Below, one piece after another: positions 37,977-50,250 of a DNA stretch of 64,000 nt. A program made the position numbers and the translations under genes. Numbering within the stretch: position 1 is the stretch's first letter; each line of letters starts with the position of its first letter. Source of the DNA: Lama glama (lineage: Eukaryota); NCBI GenBank assembly GCA_028534125.1, contig CM052850.1:9052001-9116000 (forward strand). The letters run 5' to 3'. The notes below the pieces were generated by a model. The model saw only the letters and a program-made list of their open reading frames with translations, was not told where the DNA came from and searched no databases.

Positions 37977-40900
37977 CCACCCCAACAGGAATAGAAAGAA
38001 TTTACTCAGGAAAACAGCGAGAAGTGTATGAATTTAACAGTTACTGGATTTTTGGGGTGAGCCTTTCCAGTCTGGACAGTGTTGTGGGGGAGGAACGGAC
38101 GAGTGGGCGCAGAGGATGATCAGAATTACTTCACCTGAAGGAAATTTTCAACCAATCCCTTGTAATCACTTGCCAATAAGAAGTCAAGCTTTTTGTTTTA
38201 CACCTTAATGGTATGCCCACACTTAAAAATTTTATACAAGCTTCTACAGAAACTTCAACTAGACCAATTCGGACCAAAAATCACTAAATAAAACAAGTCT
38301 AGACGGAAAAATCTATGAAAACCATATGTCTTTTAGGCATCTGTCTTACAAAAACTGCCATCATCCTGGAGAAGTAGTTCACAAAACATGCGTTTAGGAA
38401 AACACTGCTGTAATGACCTTGGGAGCTGTGCTTAAGAGGACGGCTGGACTTGGAGAGAGGCAAGCCAAAATGTTTACACACGAAAGGCTCTCATTTCTCC
38501 ATAGCTCTGTCTGTAAACATCACTGAGAGGCTGGGCAAAGGCAGATATAATTTATATTTCCATTATTCTAGAAGGGATCAAAAAAGTTTACAGTTTTGTT
38601 CCTCCACACCCTTACAGAATCTTAGACCAAGGGGTCTCAAAGCAACTCTGTTCTCACTCAGAGAAAACTGTTTTGAATAATGTTGTACGTGGACGAAGCC
38701 AAAGAACCAGAACATTTTCTTCGGATTATTACCTCATCCTGCTGGCCTGCCAAACACAGCTAGAAGGCAGGTGTCTGACAGAAGCAACCAAAGGAAGACT
38801 GTCCTGTGTAATTGGGTGTAGGGCCCAACTGAGAGACAAGGCACGTCAGGAGGACCAGGGGACAAAGCAGGAGCGCACTAAGGATGCAGTGAAGAGAGAT
38901 GTAACACTTTGCTTTCCCGATTTCACAGTGCTTTCTGGACTGGACACGCCTTCATTACGCTAGCTACAGAGTTCTACGTCTCAAAGTGCACTTTAATATA
39001 GTGGTATGAAATCCTTCAGAAAAAACAGAAAAGCTGACTTTCACGGTAAAAATAGCAACATTTTAACAGAAAACCGAGCAGTCCACAGACCCTATGAAAG
39101 TATTTGCAAATTGCAAAGATGCCTTGTGACCCCCAAGAATATTTTACTGAGATTTCTTGCTCTACAGGGGATGGGACAGCACAGGAACCATGGTTGTCGG
39201 CATGGGTGCCCCACATGCTGTTCAGTTACGTACAAGACTGAATAAACACTACCTGGCAAATCGGGAAGGTCCTCGGTTAAGGAGGCGAGCATACTAATAA
39301 AAGAGGGAAATCTACAAGCTGTCATCAATCGCACACCAAAGTTTTAAGCAAAAGCAAGAAACACTATTTCAACATGTTTATTCAAAGATACTGCACTTTT
39401 AAAATGAGTTTTCAAATACTTATTAGTTTTCAAGTATTAAGATGGTAATGGTGTGATTTAGAGTGTTTGAGATGTTAAAACAAATCAAGCAATCATATCA
39501 ACATCGCTCACTACAGAGTCCTAAACTGAACTGTAGAATATTTAAGTGGGTTAAAAAGTCTACTGTTGAGTCACAGGGATTTTTTTCTGGCTCATTAGTT
39601 TCAATCCTGAGTGCTCTGATACCACTATTGTTAGAGCTAAAACTATAAGTTTGCTTTCTTTCGAAGGATATTCACAGCATGGATTTTATTTTGACTTTAG
39701 GCCCAGATACGTGGAGGGAAATTACTGCAGTGGTTTCTCTAGTTAACACATTTATTAATGTTTCCTTAATTTTCCACCCCAAGAGGCAACAATTAAGGTA
39801 CAATTTGCCTCACATGAAGTTTTACTATTTTAGTTACTAAAATATTTTCCAATACTACTAAGAAGCAAAAAGAAATTCTAGTTTTAAAAATAAGTAGATG
39901 TTTTCTTTAGTTTGTATAGCTTTTCCTTCATGAATGGTGGTCTAATGGCAAAGCAGTGTACAGACTTTTTGGCGAAGACCCTTGAGCATGAGACGAGGGG
40001 GAGATTTATTTGAGGGAAAACCTACCTTCACTCTTAAAATTGACTTTGAGAGTAATCCTAATGTAAACTTAAAATATACACATGGTACAGAATATATCTT
40101 ATAAATTATCCATTCCCAGTGGCATAATTTCATTTTAGAGCCTCTGGGCTGCAAAACATCTTTTAAAAGGCTTCCTCATCTCCTGCTCTCATAAAAGGTC
40201 TCATTCTAGATCAAAGCAATATATCCTGAAAGACTGCCTCATGGAAATGGGAAAGCTAATACAGGTAATGTTTCCACGGTGGAGGCAACTGGTACATCTG
40301 ACTGTAAAATCAGATCATTTCCCAAATCATATTCAAAGCCACCTGCGGTCTCTTCCTCACACCCCCTCACTTTCTCTTGGCTTTCACAATTGCCATGGGG
40401 ACACGGGGATTCACTTGTGGTGGTATCTCCAGCTGGTGGTTACCCAGACTTCGTTCTCTCTCCTAGTTGGTCCAATAGCCTGTCTACCAAAAAAAAGCCA
40501 AACAAACAAACAAACAAAAAAAAAACAGGGAAGGGATGAAACCTATTTCTAAATTTTAGTTGCACATTTACTGGGCTCCCATCAGAGCAGCAAGAACAGT
40601 ATTATCCTGTTTTTTTTTCAGCATTTAGACTAATCCCAGCGGGGGAAAATGTTGACTTTCTATCCAAGTCTTTATAAAGACTTGGAATTTTCCTGTGTCT
40701 GAGCACTTCAAGTCAAGAAGGCCTGGCCTTGTCATTGACCATGAGCCATTGAGAATTTTGCTCTTTGCCATGTTGAGGAAGCGTCTTTTTTTTGATCCTT
40801 GGACAGAATGTGTTCTTTCTGTAATTCATGTGAGCTGATAATTTTGACTGGAAAACAGGAGTGGACGTTTCCTGGTGTTTGTGGGAATGGTTGAAAAATC

Positions 40901-43250
40901 ATTCCAGAAATTAAAGCACTAGTTATTTGTGGGTTTGCCTATCATGTGGCTCTGGTGCCTGAAAAGGAGCCAGAAAGAAAAGAAAAGTACGAGGCCACGA
41001 CGAGGCCGCCTCCATTCGCGGTGGCTTTGGACTTTGCCCTCTGTAGGAATTCTTCTATTTCTGGTCAGAGTTGCCATATGATCTGAACTTCATTTTAACA
41101 CCGGTAGTGTGGCTCCAATACGCAGGCAGATTTTCGCCAACCCAATGCCTTTCTAACACCACTTCCCTCCCCCCACGTTTAAAAATGCTGGCCAGCCCAA
41201 AAGTGTGATATTCTTTTGGCACCAGCGTTTGGTAAGCCAGATGGATTTCATTTGGCAACTAAAGGGTGTAAATATGTGTTTAGATTCAGAGATTTCCCCC
41301 AGACAACGGTTACACTCTGCTGGCTTGAGTAACCTAAGGGTTTCAACTTCGGGCATTTAAATATTCTACGTTTAAGCAGCAATAAAGTTACGACAAGCAG
41401 ACAAGAAGCTAGCAAACCCTCAGCTAAATCCTTAACTCCTTTCTCCTCTCGTTGGAGGTAGCACGGATAAATGCTGCATCCTTCTCTCGGTACGTGCTTT
41501 CTGAGTGAAAGATGCAGCATTTACATTTTCATGTTTAGCTTCCTGGCTGTTCATGGGCGAAAGCAGCTCTAGTAAGCTACGTTTCACTTCTAATCTTCTC
41601 TCGCAGCTGGTAAGTCAGAGGGGAGGAAGAAGGGCACAGCCGTTCAGTCCTGGAGTTTGCTGCTTAGATAAAATTCAGAGGTGAAAGAGCCACAGATCAT
41701 GTTGTGCCCTGAATCTCTTGTTGCAAAACATGCCATCTGACCATAGCTGTCTGAACCGTGAAGGTTTTCCCTGTAAGATCATTCTTTTCTTACAGCGAGG
41801 GAGACAAAAGAGGGCAGTGATGAAACCGAAGTCCTAGCTTGTGTGCGTCTACGAGGCAATGTATCTGCTTACGCTGGGTAGAATTTTTCCCTTTTCTTTT
41901 CTTTGAGCTGACATCAACTTGTGTGCAGGAACATTCAGCAGATTCCAACTGGTGACGGTCCGCTGCTGACTGGTTACGGGAGAAACAAGAACCACTGACT
42001 GTGCGATTTTCACTGGTCAGTGGCTCTTGTGCCAGACGGCTGTCCTGGCTGTCTTCCTCCATCAGGTGAAACCCCGGGCAGGGGGGTGGGGTACCCCAAA
42101 ACTCAGAAAGGCTTTCCCTGCATTGTTGAAGCTTAGCAATGACAGAGCTGTTTGGTATTATTTGCATGGGACATGGAAGCAGCCAAGTATGGTTAACGTG
42201 ACGCCAGTCACCACTGGGCTAACAGGTCTCCTGTTAGATTTACTGCCCCGCCGCCTGCCTGCATTTCTGTTGTTTGTACTTTGCTTCGTGTAGGTCCTTT
42301 CTCGTTTCCCTTTTTCTTGTACCCTCCTGCAACATCGGACGTTTGGAAAAGTCAGTGAGGGGCACTTTGAAAACAGAAAGGCAGCCTGAAGTTTACCCTG
42401 ACACATCAGCAAATCTCCCAAATTCCTGGGCCTCGTCGAAACAGCCTGCCAGTCATTCTGGACTGGGGAGGGACGGAGGTGTTTGTGTTAAGTACGTTCA
42501 AGTTTGCTAGACCCAAGAAGGAAACCACCAGACTAATCTTACTTTCATTTGAACCAGAATGAAACCAAGGACATGCAGAATGAAAACCTTTGACATGAAC
42601 CATCGGTTCACTTTCCTGATTTATTATGTTACTACTAGAATCACTGTGGCATTTGAATGATTTTGATGAAATATGTAATTGAGGGGCTCACATTAAATTG
42701 TACATTTTCTTTAGTGAGCAGCTTGTGGCCAAATTCCTAGTTTCATTAAAATATATCACACATCATGACAACTCATGTTAAACCTGTGACAAATTATTAG
42801 TTACATCTGGAATTTCAGTAACAAATTTTGTATGTAACACAGTAGCCTCATGAGATGCCTTAAACACTAAGTAAGCGTCAGAAAGCATACCTCAATGTTC
42901 TATTCTTGGCAATTATACTTTTTAAAAATCCTTGCTTGACTTTAAAATCCAGTTGCTAAAAATAAAAAACTGTTCCCTGAAAAATCAGAATACCTAATCG
43001 CAAATTTATTTGTTTGTTCTGTAAAGGGGAAGGATGGTGGGGAAGATAGAAAGTTCATGGCTGAAACAGGAAAGCAGAAGATGAACTCATCATTTGTCCA
43101 AAGGCACTCAGCTGCTAAAAGGAGTCATACTTTTAAGGGCTGTTGAGGAGGGAGCAATTCAGGACGTTTCCAGTCCAAGATTGCGGGGAAATCAGACACA
43201 GGTTAGTCACACGAGTCGCTCAACTGTCCGTGTACCCTGAGCCCACGACT

Positions 43251-43287
43251 TCAAGGCTCTGCAGCTTCGTCCTTCACAGCACCAAAC
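43251..43287 (-). CDS. DNM3: Dynamin-3 alternative C-terminal exon encoding (R)FGAVKDEAAEP*
   Basis: ccctaacgtcaag|G TTT GGT GCT GTG AAG GAC GAA GCT GCA GAG CCT TGA, phase-compatible with the PRD exon. Resembles the recalled dynamin-3 short tail RFGAMKDEAAEP. Confidence 0.85.
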
Positions 43288-46151
43288 CTTGACGTTAGGG
43301 ATGCAAAGACACACTCATAAGAATCAGGGGTTTGTTGTTCTTACTCGAAATCTGGGGGACTGGCTGAAAACAAAACAAAACAGGGACACCTCATCCCTAA
43401 GTGAGAGGGAATCTGCGTTCACTGTCACTTAAATCAACACACAAAGTATGTAAACGCGATACAGCACGGAAGAGCATCAAGGCCAAACGTTTCAAATAAG
43501 ATTAAACTAAACTGTCAAGAGAACCAAATGGCTTTCACCACCGTGAAGAAAAGAATCTGAGAGCAGGGACTGTCTCTTCATGTAGAGAGGTTGGTATATC
43601 TTTTGCCACGGTTGGTTTAGTAGTAAGTTACTGAGAATGTGGGGCTGTGATGAAACTCCCCAGGAGTGCCACGTAAAGTCAGGGAAACCTTATGAGTCGT
43701 GGAAGGAACAAACGTGGGAAGCCCTGGGAAAGCCTGAGGCTGCTCCATGGCTGTCCCTGCAGCGCAGGGCCGTCAGCTTCACCGTGGGGCTCACCAGAGG
43801 CCCTTTTAGTGGAGCATTTCTTGGTGCCCACGTTGCGTTTCTGTCACGTGGATGAGCCGGGTGAAAGCCAGACCCTTTCCTCTGATTCAGGTTTGCCGTT
43901 TTTAAAAGGATACCATCAGACTTGGTGACAGGGGTGGCTAAAAGAAAGAACTTCTGTTTTTGAAGACTGGTGATGAGGGAAAGGAAGCTTGCTTTTCCGT
44001 GGATAGAGACCCTTCCTCCCACACTTAACCCCTTTTGATTGTTGCAGAATAGCTTGGTCCAGGGAAAGGGGAGAAGACGAACGAGCGGAATAAGGCCAGA
44101 GCTGGCTGCGGCCAGGAAAAACACACTGTGAGTCAGCTAATTGGTTCTGTTAATGTCAAAGGCTGTGATGCCCAATTAGCTAATTTCAAGAAGCTGTAGC
44201 TGAAAATAGCTACCTCAGCCCTAAAGTTGGTGTTTGGTGAAGATTAGGATCTTCAAGTAAGAGAAGAGGGGCCCCTAAGGGGGCACGGATGTCTGTTTAA
44301 GATCATCCTGCTAAACGAGGACTCAACTGGCTGGGATTTTCCAACTGGGTTTCAGCCCCTTTCAGAGAGGTTGATGGAGGTGAGAGAGGAGGGGGCACTC
44401 CAAACATTCTGGCAACAGAAAATGTTCCCCAAAGCAGATTTGAGTCCACTCAGCTTCCTAATGGCAGGAGCAGCCATGCCGGTAAGTCTCTTTAGGGTAG
44501 AGAGGCTCCCCGAGTTCAGGTGGAATTAATTAAAACAGGCATGCAGTTTGCAGTACTTCTAGCTCCCTCACTGAAAGGCTCATGCACATAAACCAGCACA
44601 GTTTGAGCAGCTGGGAAAAACTGGGCCAGAAGTGACTCCACCAGCTTCTCTCCTTCCTCTTCCTCTACATTGGAATGGAAAGATATAATAATAATAATTT
44701 TTTAAAAAATGCAGAAGGCTCATGGTTTCTGTACAACTGCAAGTGCTTTCATTACATCTGAGTAGGGTTACAATAAATACGTGCTCTTACAAGTGAAGAG
44801 CATAACTTGCTAACGAAATTGCAAATTATCCAGAAGAAAGCTGTGCCCAGGCACGTGCCGAATGCAAGAGTCTCCTGCCTCTGAAAGTTCAGTTTTTTTG
44901 GCCTTTGTGATATTAAAGTCCGACAGGGAGCCGGCGGGACACTCCTTGTGCTGTCTTGTCACGTTATGAGTTTCTGGTTTCAGATACAAGGGGAGAAAGG
45001 GCTCTTAAGAAAGCAAAGAACTGGGGGAAACAATTCAACTTCCTTCTTGGAAAGCTAAGGGCTGTTTTTCTGGAGATGATGGATACTGGCATTTCGAATG
45101 TTTTTCATTTTTAATAGAGAAAATGGAGGCAAATCGTGGAGGGAACAGAGAACATATAAATAAAGAGAACAAGGTGAAGTTTCAACAAGAGCTTTCCTCA
45201 ACTTTTTCTTTCCTTCCTTCNNNNNNNNNNNNNNNNNNNNNNNNNNNNNNNNNNNNNNNNNNNNNNNNNNNNNNNNNNNNNNNNNNNNNNNNNNNNNNNN
45301 NNNNNNNNNNNNNNNNNNNNNNNNNNNNNNNNNNNNNNNNNNNNNNNNNNNNNNNNNNAAAGCTAAACTTTAATAGGCATAAGGATTCTGACAGAGTCTT
45401 TCTTGCTCTCTCTCAGGTGACACCCCCCCCACCGCCAGTCCCCCGAGGGATTTCCCTCCCCACGGGCTGCACTGGCGCTGAAACTTCAAGGCTCAGCACA
45501 AAACAACCAACTTTCCTCTTTCACTCTGAACCCTCGTTTCTGTTTTACATTTGAGACTCTTTGCAAGGCCAGACCAAGTTAAGTCTAGCTCTAACTTGGG
45601 AATGCTCTAGAAATTCTGAATAACACAACTGCTGTCCTATAAATTCCCCAAGGCAGACGCCTTGAACCCGGTGGCTTCCCTCCTCCAGCACCGGCTCTGG
45701 AGCCGGACTCCTGCCGGCTACCTTCCGTGTGTGAGCTCGGAAAGACCCCGGGCGATGCCACCCGGCTTCGCAAGTCAGTTTAGCATCCAACAGCATCTCG
45801 GGAGGGTACTGGCAGACAGTTTATAGGAAACGAAGAGGTAAAGCAGCCAAGCAAGCAGGCAGAGACATGCACGTTCGTTCCTGAGGACAGGCACCACTGG
45901 GGCTGCTCTGGTTCTTTCTTAGAGCTAAACAGACAAAATAGCCCACTTCCAGTCTCTGGTGTGCGACCCCTGCCTTCCCACTCTCCACGCCCTCCCCCAG
46001 TGGCCTCTATGCCTTCTTGGCACAATGGTGGATATGCTTTCCCAGTCAATCTGAAGTTTCCTAAAGCAAAATTTAATCTTGCTTGTAGTGAGGCTCAACG
46101 CTGACATTTATGCTTGTTGCCATGGAAAGGAGTCTTTTGAATGCTGCAGTG

Positions 46152-46349
46152 CAGTGGTCCTCAGGGGAAGGAGATTTAACACCCGGCACCCCCCAGCAGT
46201 GTCTGGAGACATTTTTAGTGGTCAAACTCGGGGACGGCAACTAACACCCAGTGGGTGGAGGCCAGGATGCTGTTAAACATCCCAGTCCTAAAATGCACAC
46301 ATAGCCCCCACAACAAAAATGTCAGTAATGTGGAGGCTGAGAAAGCCTG
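46152..46349. mobile_element. MER20-like hAT DNA transposon remnant
   Basis: cagtggtcctca...gtctggagacatttttagtggtca...gtggaggccaggatgctgttaaacatcc...ctgagaaagcctg. Confidence 0.75.
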
Positions 46350-46354
46350 ATATT

Positions 46355-46590
46355 ATGGTCAGGAGAATCGGCTCTGGAGTCAGAGAGCTTGGAATTCAGG
46401 CCCAGCTCCACTGGGGCCTGGCTGAGCAGCCTTGGGCAAGCTGCTTAACTTCTGTGCCTCGACTGTAAAATGGACAATAACCCATCTCATGAGCTCGCTG
46501 TGAGTATGCAACAAATACGTATCCGCAAAGCCCTTAGGACTGTGCCTCAAATATAGTGAGAGCTCAATAAATATTAGCTATTGTTTTTAC
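46355..46590 (+). mobile_element. MIR SINE
   Basis: ggctctggagtcaga...ccttgggcaagctgcttaacttctgtgcctc...ctgtaaaatgg...ctcaataaatattagcta. Confidence 0.8.
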
Positions 46591-47894
46591 TATTATGACT
46601 AGAGATTTAGCTCAGTTCCAAATACATAAACCAAACCTATTGAGGTTAGAGAGAAAAATGCACTGCTTTGATAGTACATATATCCTCTCTGATGGGGACC
46701 AAAATGATGATGCTTTACAATTTATCAGACTCTTTCAAATACGACTGCGAAAACAGCCCTGTTATGTCTTTATTTCATAGATGAGGAACTCATGGCTCAG
46801 TTAAAAGAGTTGCCCAAGTCAGGTCTTCTGATCCCACATCCCCTTCTCTTCCTGCTACACCTCCCTCTGCTTACTGGTTTAAGATGACCCTTCTCTTCAT
46901 TACACCCAACAGCCTGAAGATCAAAACACACGAAGGCACCATAATCACAGAGTGAGGTAACTCAGGCTCCCTGGGTGGACAGAAGTCACCTCTCTCTTTA
47001 TGGTGCGTGCATGCATAGTAAGGTTTTCCTTCATGGGGCATACAAACATTTTAATCTTCTGAACTGAACTAAAAATTTAACTTTCTGTTTGGGCTATTTT
47101 CTTTCCTTTTAAAATTTCTGATTAAAAAAACCCCTAATCCCTTTTATTTTAAAAATCCCTGATTATACACATTGTACATATACTGACTGTAAATGTATGA
47201 AGGTGAGAATGCAGCTTCAACCATATGTGTATATGTTTCAAGTTCCACTTATTTATTAGCTATTTGGTTTCACAATTAAGCCTGAAAATCTGCTTATAAA
47301 TGCCTAAATGTATTATTTAAATGTAGAGTATTCTTAGTGTTCTTATTTTATATATGGTTAGTGACTGCACACAGCAATCATATTTCTATGCACAGTTTTA
47401 AAAAAAATTGCAAATTAATCAGCTGGATTTTTAACTCAGCCTACATTAAAGTTAATAATATTGGGCTTAAGAGTCAAAGTTCAGAGGGCAGATGGATAAT
47501 ATTCCTGAAGTCAGCATTTTCTAGAATTCCTTTGGTAACAGTGAAGGCCAGGCCATAGCTGGCGATGCTGTCCTGACCTAGGGAGTGCCCAGCTGGCAGC
47601 GGCTCAGCCAGGGTTCTTTCATTTCAAAGCTCCCAGTCAAATTCTACAAACAGCTGCCAAAGCGTCATTCACATGGACCCAGGCTTCTTTGGTCCTATTT
47701 GGTTTGTGCCAGTTGATAAAGAAGAGGTTTAGGCCACATATATTGGTTACTAAATGGTGTCACAGGCCCAGCAGTTTTCCCACGATCCCCCTCCCGGGTG
47801 AAAACTGCCAACGTGTATGAGAGTATCTTTGCCATTTTCTTTTCCAAATCAATTTTGTCTGTCTTGCTATGAGAAGAGAACCAAAGAGCATCCC

Positions 47895-48210
47895 CTGAAT
47901 GTCGGCCGCGCGCGGAGCACTCACCTGGGGACGCTGGGAGGGGCCCTGGTGGGCCGAGAGGGCACCTGCGGAGGCGCCCCGAACGAGTCGCTGCTGTTGG
48001 GGAAAGGAGGTAACGGGCCGGGCCGGAATGGCACTGGGGGCGCCCCCGAGTGGGGTCCCGGGGAGGGGATGGCGGGCGCGGGCCCCCGGCCGGACGTGGA
48101 CCGCGGGAGGGGCGCGCTCAGCGTCGGCCTCCTCTGGGTGGTGGGGCTAGGAGGCGGCGACCTGGAGAAAAAGACGACAGCTGTTTGCCCGGCCTCCTTT
48201 CCGCCGGAAT
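47895..48210. promoter_or_regulatory. Intragenic CpG-rich island over the DNM3 PRD exon
   Basis: Dense CpG (cggccgcgcgcgg, gggcgcgggcccccggccgg) within otherwise CpG-poor flanks. Confidence 0.6.
47925..48161 (-). CDS. DNM3: Dynamin-3 exon (approx. exon 20; proline-rich domain), 237 nt, phase 2-2
   Basis: ttttctccag|GTCGCCG...CCCAG|gtgagt encodes [12 protein letters not shown]...[11 protein letters not shown]...[15 protein letters not shown]. Contains the Homer-type PPxxF motif (PPVPF) and the amphiphysin-type PSRPxR motif. Confidence 0.96.
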
Positions 48211-48247
48211 TCATCCTTAAAAAATGTCTTATAACTGACTGCTTTTT

Positions 48248-48375
48248 GTTTGTTTGTTTGTATCGGGGGGAGGTAATTAGGTTTATTTACTCAGTTTTTC
48301 TAAAGTGGAGGTACATTGAACCCAGGACCTCGTGCATGCTAAGCATGTGCTCTACCACTAAGCTCTACCTCCCTG
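48248..48375 (-). mobile_element. tRNA-derived SINE (camelid Vic-1-like)
   Basis: attgaacccaggacctcgtgcatgctaagcatgtgctctaccactaagct. TSD aactgactgcttttt / aactggctgcttttt. Confidence 0.88.
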
Positions 48376-48907
48376 AACTGGCTGCTTTTTAAGAAGCATT
48401 TTTTTTTTTTTTTTGCCTGAGTAGAAACTCAGATACATGTTAGGAATGTTAAAAGGTATAACGGGGAAACGAGGAAAAGGAAGTTTCTCTTCCCAACCTT
48501 CTTACTCCGTGGAGATAGCCAATATCGTTTCTTGGGTACTCTTTTCAACTATATTTGATGACATTTTTCTCTATGTATATAAACTGCATTTTTTGTACAC
48601 AACAGAACACAATGTTCTACAACTTCCTTTTTTTTTCTTTAAGCTACACGTTAATTGGACTGTCTTTTCATTTTGGCACTTAAAAGAACCTACTCTTTTT
48701 CATGACTATATAACATTCCATCGTAAGGCTATCGTGTGCTTGGTTTTGAAGGGAGCTGAGATCATCTGACCGTCTCTCAGGTTCCTGGACTTAACTATCT
48801 CTCTTTCTCTTTTTTTCTCTAGGTTCATATTGGTTTAGGGAAGCACATTCAGAAAATGATGCTGGACAAGCTTGGAGGCCTCAGGCAATGCAGGGCCATC
48901 TTCCTAC

Positions 48908-49134
48908 CTGCGGGAATGCTGTATCCAGGAGTCGTCCACGGGAGGTGGTGCTGGCGTGAAGGTAGTGGCGGTGTTGATGTCTCCGATGATCACAAGGGCT
49001 TCTTTAAGCGCTTGGTACATTCGAAGCATCTCATCCCGGCGCTGAGCCTGTTCTGCAGATTCCTCCATCAGTGTATTTTGGTCCTCTGAAGAATATAGCT
49101 GTGCTAGGAGCTCAGAATTTATGAAATCTTTAAC
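48908..49134 (-). CDS. DNM3: Dynamin-3 exon (approx. exon 19; GED), 227 nt
   Basis: gacag|GTTAAAGAT...CGCAG|gtagga encodes [75 protein letters not shown]. Missed by the ORF track. Confidence 0.96.
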
Positions 49135-50074
49135 CTGTCAGGTCATCACAGAAAAGTAAAAAAATGGGAGTGAATGAGTGATTAAATGATAAACTGGTTC
49201 ACAGCCTGTGGACAAAATCCAAGAAAATCCACTCTGGGCAAAGGGACGCCTTGTATATCTGTTTACTCTTATTTTCTTCATCATCCTCCCAGTCTCAGTA
49301 CTGGTGCCAGGAATGGTTTTCCCCTCTGTCGTATGGTTGTTGACATGAAAGAAAGACATAGATTTGTTGAAAAGAGGGCCAACCCCTGCCATCACCAGAA
49401 CAGAGCCATTGGCTGGACGGGCATTTCCGCAATGTTATCTGAGGCTGCTTGGCTTAGAGACAAGGGAAGGCACCAGGAGGTAAGAAGCGGTATTTCCAAC
49501 AGGAAACAATGGCATAAGGAAACCCATGTAAGAACATGAGGTATCCGTTCCCTGGTAGTCCCAGTCCTTGCCCTAGCTTTTACCAAAACCACTGGAATAC
49601 TAAGGCCTTAGGTTTCAGTGTCATCTCAAAAGTGGAATTAGCACCATTAAGTGAATATTTATTAAATACAGAACCATGTATCATTACGCAAGTTGATTTA
49701 CCAAAAAAAAAAAAAGTGATACACTCTTTGCTTTCTAGTTTTCAGTAGGAGCGTAACAGTGATGAGGACTGACATAAGGTTCCACAGTTCACAGACAGAT
49801 GACAACAAACTAAACTATGAACAATTTGTAGACGTCTCAGGGGCGGGGCATCCTGCAGCAGGGTAAGAATGGGGAGGATGCAGCCTGGAGGGAGAGATCA
49901 CCCATCACCGTATTTCATCAAATCTAAGACACATCACTCTTTTATGTGCCACCGAGAAAGCAAAGACACCATCAACTAAACTACACCAGAATGCCAAGAT
50001 GTCACGGGTGTAACATGCATCTTCGTGTCAGAAATATTACAATTAAAAAAAAAATGTGAATGTGACAATGTGAT

Positions 50075-50250
50075 TCCGAGTGCTTCACAAGTTATCTGAC
50101 TTACTTCTCACTGCATGTTTACGAGACAGAGAGTATCACCCCAGTTTTACAGATGAAGGAACTGAAGTTCAGAGAGTTTAAGTAACGTGCCCAAAGACAC
50201 ACAACATTAAGTTGAACCCCAAATCCTCTGGCTTGAAGTCTAGGGCTCTT
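50075..50250 (-). mobile_element. MIR SINE
   Basis: ttttacagatgaaggaactgaagttcagagagtttaagtaacgtgcccaaagacacac. Confidence 0.75.

Noticed and set aside
38128-38140. Acceptor ttccttcag|GTGAAG upstream of the candidate microexon
   Set aside because: Gives an immediate stop (R*), and there is no independent support for its use.
47817-48392. 191-aa + strand ORF antisense to the DNM3 PRD exon
   Set aside because: Shadow ORF of a GC-rich exon that runs into a SINE.
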